Assembly (NCBI GenBank): GCA_964016885.1
Contig: OZ024749.1
Coordinates: 23,746,001 to 23,810,000 of the forward strand
Origin: Eledone cirrhosa
Lineage: Eukaryota
Direction of reading: 5' to 3'
Length of the DNA: 64,000 nt
Within the stretch, counting starts at the first letter, position 1. Each line of letters begins with the position of its first letter. Below, one piece after another: positions 46,714 to 62,040 of the stretch. The position numbers and the translations under genes are program-made. Below the pieces are notes generated by a model. That model saw nothing but the letters and a program-made list of their open reading frames with translations. It made no database searches and had not been told where the DNA came from.

Positions 46714-47650
46714 TAGGATTGCTAGTTAAGGTAGCTTAAAATGGAATGAGAATAAGAACAACGCAAGAACCTTTTCCTCATCAGTTGTCTACTGGGGTTC
46801 TCGAATATTTCACCGCTTTAAAGACAAGATATCTACCCCCCAGAGCGTTCAAGATCTGGGTAAGTTATTGGGAAACCGGAGGAGGGAGGGAAGGAAAATA
46901 GAAGGGAAAATGGAAGAAAAGAGAAAACAACGAAAAAAACAACAACAAACCGAGCAACGTGCGGGCAACATAAGGTAAGAAAATCCAAGTCCACAATGAT
47001 GTCTTTAAAGCGTTGAAATATCCGAGACCCAAGTAGACAACTGATGAGGACCCCCTTCCCCCCGTACTTTCTTTCTTCTTATGCTCATTCCATTTTAAGC
47101 TACCTTAACTAGCAACTACACAGCCAATCCTATTCTCCATATATTTTATCATATTTCGCTGTGACCAGTCTTCTCTCTCCTTCTACCTATCTATTTCTTT
47201 ACTATCTACTCTTAACACTCTTTCTTCCTCTCACTTTCTCCCTCTCACTTTCACTCATCTTCTCTTTGACAATCACCTCATTATTTCCCTCGCCCGACCC
47301 TCTAGCAGTCCTTTTCTCACTTACACTCGCTGGGGTCAGTCGTGTCTTTTCGTTCGCCCACACGCTCTCGAACTTAAGTTCAGTTATCGCTGTGGTCTTG
47401 AATCGTCTTACCTTAAGTTGCTCGCACATTGCTCGGTTTGTTGTTTTTTTTCGTTGTTTTCCCTTTTCCCTTCTATTTGCCTCCCCTCCCTCCTCCGTTT
47501 TCTCAATAACTTACCCAGTTATTGAACGCTCTGTGGGTAGCTATCTTGTCTTTAAAACGTTGAAATATCCGACGCCCCCAGTAGACAACTGATAAGAAAA
47601 CTCCCCTCTCGTTCTTGCTTTCTTCTTATTCTCATTCCATTTTAAGCTAT
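46710..47650. mobile_element. Family K element: one copy plus two inverted partial copies between microsatellites
   Basis: 46710-46990 is inverted at ~47000-47135 and ~47385-47650. Confidence 0.7.
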
Positions 47651-47658
47651 ATATATAT

Positions 47659-47704
<46 letters not shown>

Positions 47705-48264
47705 AAACAATGTCTCTGATCGAGACCTAGCGAAAGTGTATTTAAATCTAGACACACACACAAACACACACACACACATACACACACACATGTATATATA
47801 CATATCTCTCTATCTATATATATATATGTATATAGATGTAAATCAGAATGAATGCTGTAAAATCCTGTTAGACTATTACTCAGCAGAGTACTTGATACTG
47901 GGTTAGTTGAGTGGGTAATATGAAGGATTTGGGAATCGATGTTGGAACTGAATCTGTTCGGATATAGCAGTTCAAACGGCAGGAGCTCGGCCGTTGTTGC
48001 CTCGAATCCTTCATATATTTATATATTCTTCACTTCTCTTCTATACTTCACGCCTATTGTTTGTTTTTCCTATACATTTAAAAATATTATTACTTCGTTT
48101 TCTTCCACCTGGTTACTATAATTTGATCCCTCTTATTGGACTATTAATGTAACCTATAGAAGAACCATGTTGAAAAAAATACTTTGGTAAGCAATCTCAC
48201 TTGTTTTACTTTTGTTTGTACACTTATCTGCACAAACAAATTTTGCTCATATATCTATCAATCA

Positions 48265-48308
<44 letters not shown>

Positions 48309-48348
48309 ATCTATCTATCTATCTATATAATTATCTCTCTGTCTCTCA

Positions 48349-48422
<74 letters not shown>

Positions 48423-50159
48423 TTATCGATACGTTTACTACAAACCAAATCCGAAAAATATTTCTATGTTCTATGTGATGCAACACCAAACTGAGCCGGC
48501 TCATCCGCAATATCGCATACAATATATTTACACAGTCAAATATGCAAGTGTTTACATATGAATGTCGGAATTCATGTATGTTTGTATATATAAAAGCATG
48601 TATGTATGTATATACGTGTTTATGATCCATAATAACAATACTGACTACAATGACAAAGTTTAGCAAATGTACACAACAGACGAACATTTCTTTGGAGAAA
48701 AAAAAAAAATAAAGCATTCATTAGGAAAAAAACTCAGCTGTGTAAAATAATTGCAGATATATTAAAAGAACATTTATTATTTCCACCAGTGTGTTGTTTT
48801 AATTACCATTTATATCATCAATGTTTTTTACGTACTTAATGTTTTATAACAAAATTGGAATTTAATTTAGATAATGTTATTATTATTATTGTTTTCTATC
48901 CTCTTTCGTACTGTCTTTGGTGTTGTTTCTTAGTTGTTGTTTGTTGTTTTATATTTCAATTTTATTTTATTTCATCACTTTGACAAACTGTTATCTTGCT
49001 CGTATAAATTTTTAATTTCTACACAGACGATTAAATATTCAACAGTTCTCTTAATTTTATTGCAAATGTTATCTTTGTGAATGTGTGAGTGTGTGTGTCT
49101 GGTTTGCTATTTGTACACATGTGTTGGTGTCACATTTACCTGAAGCTTATTTTAAATTTGAAACGCAGACACAAAGGAATGTTCAATGGTGTAGAAGTTG
49201 ATTTCAACTCCATGTTGGAGCTAATTTTACAAACAATTTGTTTCGCTGTACGTTTTTCAATAAATAATAATTTCTATACGTACTACAAGAAGGAGGCGAA
49301 ACTGATAGAGTTGTTAGAGCGTAGGGTAAGATGCTCGAAGATATTGTGTTATTTGGAGATTACCTCTGAGTGAAATTAAATTAATTTGGGTCGATAAATT
49401 AAGAACCAGTCAAATGCAGGGTGGAAAGACCTGATGGTTGGTGGATAAGGAAAAGTGAGGGAGAGATAGAGAGGGCGAGAGAGAGTGCATGAGAGGCATA
49501 GATGTTGAGAGAGAGAGTGAGTGAGAGAGAGTGAGATAGAGAGAGAGAGACAGAGTGATGTTGAGAAACAGAGAGCGAGAGAGAGATTTTTTTCCTGTGA
49601 AGGAAGTGTCATACTATTTTGATAAAGGAATGGAGTAGCCATGTTCAACATGCGGTCACCATAAAAGAAAATTAAGGATCAATCTGTCACGTGATACCGG
49701 CGGACAAAGTGTACAAAACATTACAAATGAATCTACATAAAGCCATATGAATGGTTGCTGCCGGAAATTGTATGTCTCCTTAAGAAACATGTTAGATATG
49801 ATGAGATGTCGTTAGCGCTGTTGGATATTTCAGCTTCATTTCTTTGTGGTAGATATTCCCATAACAAAAACAGAATTTGTATGAATTTAAAAAGAGAGAG
49901 AGAGGAAAAAAGATGTACGAGTTGCATTGAATTAAACGGAAAACTGTGTGACGGTAATGTTAAGTATGAGTGTGTGTCACTATCAGGAGGTGCTTATAGA
50001 AATGCATATATATATAAATATATATATATATATTTAGCAACACCCACTCAGACACATGTTTGATGAGAACGTGAGAACGTTTGTGTATATTTAACTATAT
50101 GTATATTTATATGTTCGTTTATATATATATATATATATCTGTGTGTGTGTGTGTGTGTG

Positions 50160-50229
<70 letters not shown>

Positions 50230-50374
50230 TACATAGATTCGGTGTGTTTTCCTTCCGTTTGTATCATTGTAACAGCTATTTCTAAATAAACAGTCATATT
50301 GTACGCAACACCCACATGTAATCCCCATTACCCACCGTAATATTGGCTAAACACAAAACAACAGCATTGCTTCC

Positions 50375-50422
<48 letters not shown>

Positions 50423-50427
50423 CATAT

Positions 50428-50614
<187 letters not shown>

Positions 50615-50895
50615 ATATATATATATACTTTATAAGGTAAGAATAACAGACAGCTGAGAATATAGAAAATACAAATATATGAACACACACACAAATATGT
50701 ATATATATATAAATATATAGGAAAATGTTAGACCCCTACGGCAGAGCTCAAGACGTTTCGACGGCTATTTCTGGAATAAATTACACGTTTTTAGCGTGGT
50801 AAATAAATAGCCGAACTTTTCAAGGTGTAATTCATTATATGGGAAGATTGTAGTTGTCAAGAGGATTGGTCAAAATTTCTTGTAAACACCATTAA

Positions 50896-50962
<67 letters not shown>

Positions 50963-51006
50963 AGCACATAAACATATATATATATATGTATATATATAAG
51001 CACATA

Positions 51007-51073
<67 letters not shown>

Positions 51074-51109
51074 ATATATATATATGTGTGTGTGTGTGTA
51101 TATATATAT

Positions 51110-52070
51110 AAACGAAAAAAATGAAACGAAATTTCATTTCCCACACTTAGTACGGCTGTTACTTAAATATAAGTATGTACACGTACATACATATATGTAT
51201 ACAGACGTACAGTACTATGTATATATATATACATACATGCACACATATATATATGTACGTATGGATTCACCGAACATTTATTATAATGCTCGGTGTGTTT
51301 GTAAACAAACGTCCCGTATTAAGCTGTAGTGTCTAGCAATCATCGTTGCTCGTTTGTTCAACACTGACAAGTGAACGCTGTACTACTTCAAGCTTATTAC
51401 CTATCGTCAGCAAAGTATACCTTCCTGCCAGATTGTTGAACGTATATACTTACCTTATGCATATTAACGGCTGAGTAGCCCAATTTGTATATCGTGTGGG
51501 TTAATCGGCTGGGTGCACCGAAAACGATAAACGGAATAATGAAACGAAATTTCATTTCCCACTCTTAGTGTGTGCATGTATGTATATATATATATACATG
51601 CTACTGTACGACTGTATACATATATGTATGTACGTGTACATACTTATATTTAAGTAACAGCCGTACTAAGAGAGGGAAATGAAATTTCGTTTCATTTTTT
51701 CCGTTTATCGTTATCGGTGCACCCGGCGGATTAACCTACTCGATATGCAAATTCGGCTACTCAGCCGTTAATATGCATAAGGTAAGTATATACGTTCAAT
51801 AATCTGGCAGGAAGGTATACGTTGCTGACGATAGCTAATAAGCTTGAAACTAGTACAGCGTTCCTTTGTCAGTGTTGAACAAACGAGCAACGATGGTTGC
51901 TGGACACTACACCTTAATACGGGACGTTTGTTTACAAACACACCGAGCATTATAATAAATGTTCGGTGAATCCATACGTACATATATATATATGTGTGCA
52001 TGTATGTATATATATATACATATTACTGTACGACTGTATAACATATATGTATGTACGTGTACATACTTAT
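51110..52070. mobile_element. Family M fold-back with a partial tandem repeat
   Basis: 51111-51150 recurs at ~51528-51570, and the unit is inverted across 51570-52065. Confidence 0.8.
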
Positions 52071-52071
52071 A

Positions 52072-52168
<97 letters not shown>

Positions 52169-52380
52169 ATATAAATATTTATATATATATAACGAAGGAG
52201 GTGTGGTAAGGAACCAGATGGACCATAACGCACCAGAGTACTCAATACTTAGGGTAGTAGAGTGGGTAATAGTAAAAAGTTTAACCCCGACGGCACAGCT
52301 CAAGCCGTTTGGCGGCTATTTCTGGATCCAGAAATACCCGTCGAAACGGCTTGAGCTCTGCCGTCCGGGTTAAACTTCTT

Positions 52381-52478
<98 letters not shown>

Positions 52479-52636
52479 AGTTAAAACAATTAAATAAAAA
52501 GTAAAGTCATTAGAGATATACTTCACTGCTTTACGATCGTTTCTAGATGGTGATAATACATTGGTGATAATACACATGATGGTGATAATACACATAATTA
52601 TATAAATATATTTACATATATATATATTTATAAATA

Positions 52637-53105
52637 TGTAGGAGGTGAGTTTTATTGTAGTACAATAAAGCAATGCAGATATCGGATAAAAAGCACTCTA
52701 CAGTTTGTAGGACTGGAGTATACATAATATATAAGATCAAAAGATGGTTATATGAATTCCATGTATTTTATTATGCGCATTTCAAAAACAAATATCATCA
52801 TGCAATAACATTTGTGTTTTCATCAGATAAAATATGAGGACATGATATGAAGCTTAAAAACACTTGTGGATAATGCAGTTTTAAATCAACATATTATATC
52901 GGGGTTAAATCAATATATTATATCGGGGTTAATGATATGTTGATTTAAAACTGCACTATCCACAAGTGTTTTTAATCTTCATATCATGTCCTCATATTTT
53001 ATCTGATGAAAACACAAATGTTATTGCATGATGATATTTGTTTTTGAAATGCGCATAATAAAATACATGGAGCTTATTTAACCATCTTTTGATCTGATAT
53101 ATTAT
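52637..53105. mobile_element. Family B fold-back element with hammerheads at 52764-52834(-) and 52995-53065(+)
   Basis: Homologous to 34801-35615. Confidence 0.88.
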
Positions 53106-53127
53106 ATTTATAAATATATATACACAT

Positions 53128-53193
53128 AAAATATAACCAAACACACATATACAGACACACGTGTGTCTGTATATGTGTGTTTGGTTATATTTT
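53128..53193. repeat. Perfect 66-bp palindrome
   Basis: AAAATATAACCAAACACACATATACAGACACAC|GTGTGTCTGTATATGTGTGTTTGGTTATATTTT. Confidence 0.95.
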
Positions 53194-53289
53194 GGGGTGT
53201 TTTTTTTTTCCTTTTTAACCCTTTTTTACTCTTCATGATGTAATTTGTATTACTGTTGTTTTTGTTGTTGTTGTTGGTGATGTTGAGGA

Positions 53290-53321
<32 letters not shown>

Positions 53322-53429
53322 CATTTAGTGTTCATAGTAGTAGAGCGGGTAAAAAATTAACAAGTTTTCATGATGACTCGAGCGAAGATAATGCGATGAT
53401 GATGTTGAGACGATATGAGGACACGAATT

Positions 53430-53654
53430 ATACTACTGCTACTACTACTACTACTACTACTACTGGTACTACTACTACTGCTGCTGCTACTACTACTACC
53501 AGCCTCCGCCACAACCAACACCGCTATTACTATTACCACTGCTACTACTACTACTACCACTACCACCACCACCCCCACTACTACTACCACAATACCACCA
53601 CCACTACACCACCACTATTACTACTACTACCACTACACCACCACCACTACTAAA

Positions 53655-53695
<41 letters not shown>

Positions 53696-53696
53696 C

Positions 53697-53737
<41 letters not shown>

Positions 53738-53885
53738 CACTACACCACCACCACTACTAAAACTACTACTATTACTACTACTACCACTACTACTACTACT
53801 ACTACACCACCACCACTACTACTATACTACTATCACTACTACCACCACCACTACTACTACTACAATAACTACAACAACAGCAGCA
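53430..53885 (+). repeat. (CTA/CCA)n trinucleotide tract
   Basis: Direct reading. Confidence 0.9.
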
Positions 53886-53956
53886 ACAGTTAGTAGCACA
53901 TGCTGTAAAATGATTTCCACATTTCGTGATTCTTTGAATGTTTCTTACATAAGGAA

Positions 53957-54770
53957 TGGTGGTCGGGGTGGTGAGGATGTGCCTGTTGGTGATGGTGGGG
54001 GTGGTGGGGATGTACGTGTTGGTGATGGTGGGGGGTGGGGATGTGCCTGTTGGTGATGGTGGGGGTGGTGAGGATGTGCCTGTTGGTGATGGTGGGGGTG
54101 GTGGGGATGTACGTGTTGGTGATGGTGGGGGGTGGGGATGTGCCTGTTGGTGATGGTGGGGGTGGTGAGGATGTGCCTGTTGGTGATGGTGGGGGTGGTG
54201 GGGATGTACGTGTTGGTGATGGTGGTGGTGATGGGGATGTACGTGGTGGTGATGGTGGTGGTGGTGGGGATGTACCTGTTGGTGATGGTGGGATGGTGGG
54301 GATGTACGTGTTGGTGATGTTGGTGGTGGGGACGTACGTGTTGGTGGGTGGTAGTGATGGTGGGGATGTACGTGTTGGTGGGGTTGGGGGGGATGTACGT
54401 GTTGGTGATGGTGGTGGTGGTGGGGATGTACGTGTTGGTGACGGTTGGGTGGTGGGGATGTACGTGTTAGTGATGGTGGTGGTGGTTGGGATGTACGTGT
54501 TGGTGATGGTGGTGATGGTGGGGATGTACGTGTTGGTGGTGTTGGGGGGGGTGTACCTGGTGGTGGTGGGGTTGGTGGGGATGTACGTGGTGGTGGTGGG
54601 GATGTACGCGTTGGTGATGGAGGGGTGGTGGGGATGTACGTGTTGGTGATGGTGGGGTTGGTGGGGATGTACGCGTTGACGATGGTGGGGGTGGCGGTGA
54701 TGTACCTGGTGGTGGTGGGGGTGGGGATGTACGCGCTGGCGATGGTGATGATGTTGATGGTATGTACGCA
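53957..54770 (+). repeat. G-rich ~33-bp minisatellite with a 98-bp higher-order unit
   Basis: GGTGATGGTGGGGGTGGTGGGGATGTACGTGTT repeats; the first units form exact 98-bp blocks. Confidence 0.9.
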
Positions 54771-55122
54771 GTGGTTGTCGTGATGGTGGTGGTGATGGTG
54801 TCGGTTTTGTGGTGGTGATTGTGCGGCGGTATTAGTGGCAATCAGCGTGATGTAGTGTTGATGTTAATGGTGATGTTGGTGTCGATGGGCTTGGTGTTGG
54901 CGGTGACGGGGGTGGTTGTGATGATGATGTTATGGTGGTGTTGGTGGCGTTGAGTGTGCTGTTGTCATTGTTGGTGGTGGTGGTGGTGGTGCTGGTGGCG
55001 ATTACCGTGGTGTTGATGGTGCTGATGCTGGTGGCGATGGGCGTGGTGTTGCTGTTTTAGTGGTGGTGATGGTTGCTCTAATGCTAGTGATGTGTCTGAA
55101 GACGTTGTGAATGAAGCTGTCA

Positions 55123-55153
<31 letters not shown>

Positions 55154-55492
55154 CACACACACATATATATATATATATATACACATGCGTAGACAGTCTA
55201 TTGTTGCTTAAAGTTCAATTATATTTGCAAATATAACTGTGTGTTTGTAAGTCTGTATGTAAATGAATATGATCACTTTCATGTGCATAAAAACAACAAA
55301 GGACCTCTTACCGAATAAAGAGTGCAGCATATGTGGGTAAACTTGCATTAAATATAATTGGTTCCACCAACTAGCGTCAATATTAGTTTTAAAGAAAGAC
55401 ACAAACAACCTCAACATTATTTGCTACATTTGGGAAGGGGTTGTTTAATCTCCATTATTTGAAACTTATGGATTCGTGGATTGGTAATGGAT

Positions 55493-56960
55493 GCATGGAT
55501 TGGCAGTATCGGTAGAGGGTCGGACGCCATGCTTTGCGGCATAGAATTAGGGCCCTTTATGATCTGAGTTCACATCCCGCCGAGGTTAACTTTGCTTTTC
55601 ATCCTTACGAGGTCGGTAAAATAAAGTACCAGTAATACACTGGGATAATTGCTGGCCTTGTGCCAAAAGTAGAAACTATTATTTTCTCACGTGGATTGGC
55701 AGTATCGGTAGAGGGTCGGACGACATTCTTTCCGGCATAGAGTTACGGCCCTTTATGATCTGAGTTCAATTCCCGCCGAGGTTTACTTTGCCTTTCATCC
55801 TTACGGGGTTGATAAAATAAAGCACCAGTAATGTACTGGGGTAATTGTTGGCCTTGTGCGAAAAGTAGAAACAATTATTTGAAACTTACTGTTTTATTAC
55901 GACCTTGTTTACAGAGCTCCACACTCCGGGCTGGATGAATAAAAGTCAAGACAAATCCACTTGGGATCGAACGTGATTAAGTATTGTTAAGCAGTATGTA
56001 TGTATATATGGTGCCGTAACTCCTGATAGCTTCGTAGATGCACCCTATTGACATACAGCGTTTCTTGCTCATTGCAAACCCTCTCGAGGACTGACTACAG
56101 CATATTTCTTCCAGAAAAAAGATAGAAAGCGAGACAGAGGAAAATAAGAAAGAGATATAGAGGAAGAAACAACATCAATTCTGGACTCGTACTTATTTTC
56201 TCGACCTGAAAAGGATGAAAGGCAAAGTTGACCCTGGCGGGATTTGAACTCAGAGAACAGAGTGCCGGAACGAATACCATAAAGCATTCTATCCGACATT
56301 CTAACGTCTCCGCCAATTCGCCGCCTTTTTTCGCTGTACCACTGTTAATAAAGTGTTGGCAATATTATTATTGTATTAAACAAAATGTCGCTAGATTGAC
56401 ATGCTCAGAAGATCGTCGGACAAGATGCTTTACGAGATATTCTTACGTTCATATCCCACCGAGTTTCGGCTTGCTTTTCATCCGAAAAATAAAGTACCAG
56501 TAACGAACTAGGGTGGATTTAATCCGCTTTCGCCTTCCCTAAAATCGTTGGCTTTGTGTCTAAATCAAAATACATTATTATTGTACTAAACAAAATGTCG
56601 GTCGATTGAGACAATCAGTAGAGCGTCGGACAACATGATTTGTGACACATAATTACATGTGTATACGTGATAAAAACAAATCCTTCCGAGGCTAGCTTTG
56701 CCTTTCATCCTTACGGGGTCGATAAATTCAAGTACCATGTATGCAGTGGGCTTGATTTAATCGGCTTTCCCCTCTCCCATAATTGTTGTCATTGTGTCTA
56801 AAGCAGAATCCCTTATTTTAGGGCGTTGGTTTAACAGCATCGTTAAAGCGTCGATAACATGATTTGCGGCATATAGTTACACCCCTTTACCTTCTGAGTT
56901 AAAACCATGTTTGCTATTCACTCTTACAGGGTGGATGAAATATAGTTGTAGTAAGGCACA
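55493..56960. mobile_element. SINE cluster (about 6 copies: 55493-55682+, 55691-55880+, 56170-56326-, 56385-56580+, 56600-56815+, 56820-56960+)
   Basis: Repeated TGGCAGTATCGGTAGAG..GAGTTCA..CCCGCCGAGG..TTTCATCCTTACG..GTACCAGT motifs. Confidence 0.85.
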
Positions 56961-57318
56961 AATTTGTGAGTAATCATAATTTATGTGTATATTTGAAAGA
57001 GATACAGTAAGAGAAATATATAAGAATATATACAAACACACACGGTGTATTTAATTAAAAGATTGATTAAAAGATATCTTTCATTCAATAGATTGTATAT
57101 CTAGTGGGTGGATTGGTTTTATTGTATTGAAAAACTAAACTATAAGCAATAAACAAAACAACAAATAATGCAATAAATGGGAGTTCTTTAAAACGATGTC
57201 ATTCTATTAAGAATGTCCAAAAGAACAACGGTTTTTTCAACATCAAATGACCAGAGACACGGACACGTTCACATACAGTTATATATATATATATATGTGT
57301 GTGTGTGTATGTGTGCGT

Positions 57319-57388
<70 letters not shown>

Positions 57389-57394
57389 ATACAT

Positions 57395-57425
<31 letters not shown>

Positions 57426-60400
57426 GGTAAATGAAACAAAACAAACACGGGGATTGAAAATGTCATATTGGATTTTATACATATATATATAATGTGCACT
57501 CACACAGAGAGGCACACTCACACACAAGTAGACTTGAACACACAGAGACTGTTTGACAAGTTCACAAATGCACTCCGAATACAAATGAGGCTAATCAGCT
57601 TATATGAATAGGCGTTAAAACTATATATTTGCGGCTTATTTCAGTTCCAGTAAGAGCAGAGGGAGGGTGTGCCTACCCCTGACAACGACTACACAACCCA
57701 GCAACAGTTGTCGATTACTTCTTCCTTGCTTCTGCTGGAGATCGCCAGGCATCACTTTTAAAATTCATCACTAAAGGCTTTCAAATGTTTATTCGCAAAC
57801 ATATCGAATATTATTCTATATACAAACTTTACATACATGTATATATAATTTTATATTGGGTATGAATCGAAGTTGTAGCTGCCATATAGCAGGTATAATC
57901 GAGTTGTATGTTAATACATTACCGTCTAGAGTAAAAACAACAGTTAAAATGTGTAACACCAAGAAAAACGACCGAAGGCAGTGGGCATACATATACTACA
58001 ACAACGATACATACAGAAATGTATACACATATATATGAAATGTAAGATACTCTCAACGTTTTGAAATAGCATTAGTAATAACGTGTGCTAGATGATTAAA
58101 ATATGAATTGAAACATTTCCTTCGGCTACATACTTAGTGTATATAAATCAATAAAGTTTTCTGCAATAAGATATAATTATTAAGACGTCCATAAATGAAG
58201 TGCGCACTTTTTACACAATTATCAATAAGCCTATTCCTTCGCATATATAGACTATAGTGCAACCAAATATGTAATTCCTAAGAGATTAATATTTCTTTAT
58301 TGCAGTTGAGGTTGTCTATGTGAGGAAAGAAGGAATATTGGAGGGATTTGATAGAGCTGAGTGTTAAATAGTTGCAACTGATCATCTGTATCGTATTGAT
58401 AAATATTTCTTCTTCTTGGCCCACTTATTCCTGACAGAGTAGTGGGGGCAGAGTACTTAAACACTCATTCAAGCTGGTCTTTTCAGAAGCAACCGCTTCT
58501 GGCTAGATCAACAAACATGACCAGCCAAACTCATGGATGTTATGCAACCATCTTATTCAGGGTATACCGCTGGGTCTATTGTCGATTGGCTTTGTTCATA
58601 AAAGTTGCCCGATACTATGTGCATGTAGTTAAAATGTCTCGAGAAAGAATCGCTAAACATAAATATTTCAAGCAACATATTTCCGATTTATTTTCCCGAT
58701 GAGTTTTGAAATAAGGTTCAAGATTTTGTTCAAGACGAAGATTTTGAAATAAAGTTGAAGATTTTGAAGAAACGAAAATATTTCTTTTCCTCGTTCTAAT
58801 TCTTTTTTTCCTGAAATACATAGTAAAATATTCATCGAAACAAATTTCTATCGATTTGACTGATACTAAAATAATAAAGATATCACAACTTTCCAAACCA
58901 GTGCGACACATTACATTCGATATATTCCTTGAGGAAAGATTTCCCAGTTTTAACCGGAATAAATATTGTTTTTGAGTCCCTTATCAGTTGTTTTATGATA
59001 TATTTATGAACTTTATCCAATTTTTCTGCAAACTTTTCATAGGTAATCAATTTGTGTCTCGAGGATAATTAATGAGCCATATCTCTGTATTTGGTATTCA
59101 ATTCTGGGTATTCGGTCATACACATGCAGTGTAATTGATCAAATGAGATGCCACTGTTATATTCTAGATTTAATGTTCTCACCATTTCCAGTGAACATAA
59201 TGTATCTTCACATATGTCAGTTTTATGATCTCGGCATCATGAATCTCTACTTCGTTATCTAAGTTATTCTATATAGACCCAAAAGCAAAGTATGTTATAA
59301 GAGGTGTATGAGTGATTACCATGCACATATACACATTTGCCTTATGAGCATAATTTTAGCAGAGCGAATGTCAACAATATGCGAAGTGAATTAGGTTGGG
59401 AAAATAGCCAACTATATTATCAAATTGTTGACCTCAGCTCTCAAATTATCCACTCTTTCATATTAAAAGCATGAATCTGCGACTGAATGTAAATTATTAA
59501 CTTCCGGCAAATTCTAGTTGAAAATGACTGCCATATTGTAATTCTTGAATCAAATATCCATAAAGTACTGGCCCGCTCGATATTCGCTGCATTATGATTA
59601 AAGCTAGCTTAAAATGGATGCCTGTGAGATGACGATGAAATCTAGTAAGTAATATGGAAATGTAGGTAAGAAATTGAGAGATCCTCAATAAACTCTGGCC
59701 CGGAAAGGTTATAGGTTATCATTACTTACTTCATCAATTGGCAATTGATGCTACTTGGTCTGGAGTCGTGGAAAAGAAAGGGTCATTATGAGGAGGATAA
59801 ATAGTTCACTAGAGGTGATTCTCCTCTGATCTCTAACGCTTCAGAAACAAGCCTTTTATGAATAATTACAGACATATAATTTTGCCAATTTTATAATGCC
59901 AGCCATTCGCATACTTCCGATTTTATAGCAATGAAAAGAAAGGAAGTCAATTTACAAAGATGTGACATATGACTTTATAATATTCATCCCACATCCGTTT
60001 CGGAATTAAACGATTATCACTGAATAGGTTTTAATTATTCATATCTTCCTGAAAAGTTTTCAGAAGTTTTTCACACAAGACTGGCTGTGCAGTTGGCAAG
60101 GCTACCTCTTCTTTTATTAATATTAATATAGATTTTGCAAGTAGATATTTTTCTTCATAAATCTCTGTATTAAAGGAAGTATGGCGTATTCAATATGCTG
60201 GTAGGATTATAGAAAACCTATATTTTAAACATAACATTTCATTGTGGTATTTATAGTCAGTTGAATTCCATCGCTATAGAAACATACAAGTGAAAGGATT
60301 TATTAATACTTCATCTAATCACTTTCTCTCTTTCACTTTCTCTCTCTCACGTACTTTCTCTTTCTTTTTCTCACTCTCTCAGCCATAAACACACACACAA

Positions 60401-60819
60401 ACTCTCTCTCTCTCTCTCTGTGAAATTACATAGCCTAGTCGCTAGGTTGTTGGACGAACAAATATAAATATCTAAATTAAATTCATGGCTGGGAAACACA
60501 TCGTATTCTTGAGCAAGGCACACCATTTCATGATACGACTAATGCCCTTATATTTAAAACACAAGACTAACCTCTTATAACATACGGATACGTGGGTGGA
60601 CATCATAACCTACTTGGTGTGCGTTCGAAATTTCATCTTTTTTAATTTTAATCTGTTTTTTTTTTCTAACATTCAATAAAATAAACTGGAACCTCATGGA
60701 TGTTGACATTGAGTACTTTCCCACCAATTTCTCATGGAATCGACACCAACAAAGTCTTGACAAAATGTATCAATTGAAATAGAAAAGGCACCGTGACAGT
60801 GTCTACACGATATAATCTA

Positions 60820-62040
60820 ATAATTGTTTCTACGTTAGGCCAGCAATTACTCAGTGCATTACTGGTACTTTATTTTATCGACCCCGTAAGGATGAAAGAC
60901 AAAGCTAACTTCGGCGGCATTTGAACTCAGAAAGTAAATAGCCATAACTCTATGCTGCAAAGCATCGTGTATGACGCTCTTCCGATACTGGGCGCATAAA
61001 GCCGCTGAATGGAAAACAGATGGGCATGAGAACACATGAGAGTGGAACCCACACCTCTCGTTTGTCGGACAAGTACGCTACCATTACGCCAATGTAACAA
61101 TATTCTTTATAAATAGGGTTGTTCATTTAGACACAAAACCAAAACTATTGGAAGGAAGAAAGTCAATTAAATCGACTCCAGTTCGTTACTGGTATTTTAG
61201 TTTGTCGACCCTGTAAAGATAAAATGCAAATCTAACCTCAGCGGGATTTGAACTCAGAACGTATATGGTGGTAACTATATGCTGCACAACAAATTGTCCG
61301 ACGCTCTACGGATTATTGCTAATGCACCGCCCTGTTTAACTTTATAAATATATAAGTTGGTTATATTTTAATTTTAATTTTATTTCCTGTACTTAGATGG
61401 AAACGGGTGGCGGGTTCGGGGTGGGGACCACTGTTTAAGTTTTGTGACAATAAAAAGACATTTGAGGCATATTGAGCAGCAAGATATTCCAGGTGGAGTA
61501 GCCGAGTGACACACCTTAAATTGCCCCCCTCCCCATACACATACACATTATATATTAAAACAAACTAAATTTAGCCAGCTGTTGTTCCCATGACCATAAC
61601 GTGATTTTGTATTATATATTTTGGCAGTATTGGTAGAGCGTCGGATAAGATACTTCACGTATAGAGTTACGGCCATTTAGGTTCTGCGTTCAAGTCCTGC
61701 CAATATTAGATTTGCGTTACATCTTTCAGGTTCGATAAAATAGTGTACCTGTAATGCACTAAGGTCAATTTAAGTGACGTTACCTTCCCCCATATTGTTG
61801 GACGTGTTCCTAAATCAGAAACTATTATATATTTAGGACTAGGGCAGGGATTTGGCAGAAAGTTTAGAAGGTTTGACAACGTGTTTTACGGGATATAGTT
61901 CGCATTCCGCTGAGGTTAGAGTTGACTTACATCCTTACGAGGTCGATAAAATAAGTACCGGTAATGCAACGGGGTCTATTTAATCAACATTATAGCCCCC
62001 CACTCCATCGTTGGCCTGGTGCCTAAATTAGAAACCATAT
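60820..62040. mobile_element. SINE cluster (60820-60990-, 61120-61332-, 61620-61830+, 61845-62040+) plus a tRNA-like fragment near 61030-61092(-)
   Basis: Same family motifs as above. Confidence 0.8.

Noticed and set aside
53357-54841. Thr/His/Gly-rich ORFs resembling structural or glycine-rich proteins
   Set aside because: They are trinucleotide and minisatellite repeats open in several frames. The 98-bp unit breaks frame, and there is no signal peptide or splice evidence.
55493-56960. Repeat-spacer-like pattern (CRISPR) or tRNA gene cluster
   Set aside because: These are diverged ~190-bp SINE copies in eukaryotic DNA. No full cloverleaf and no cas genes.
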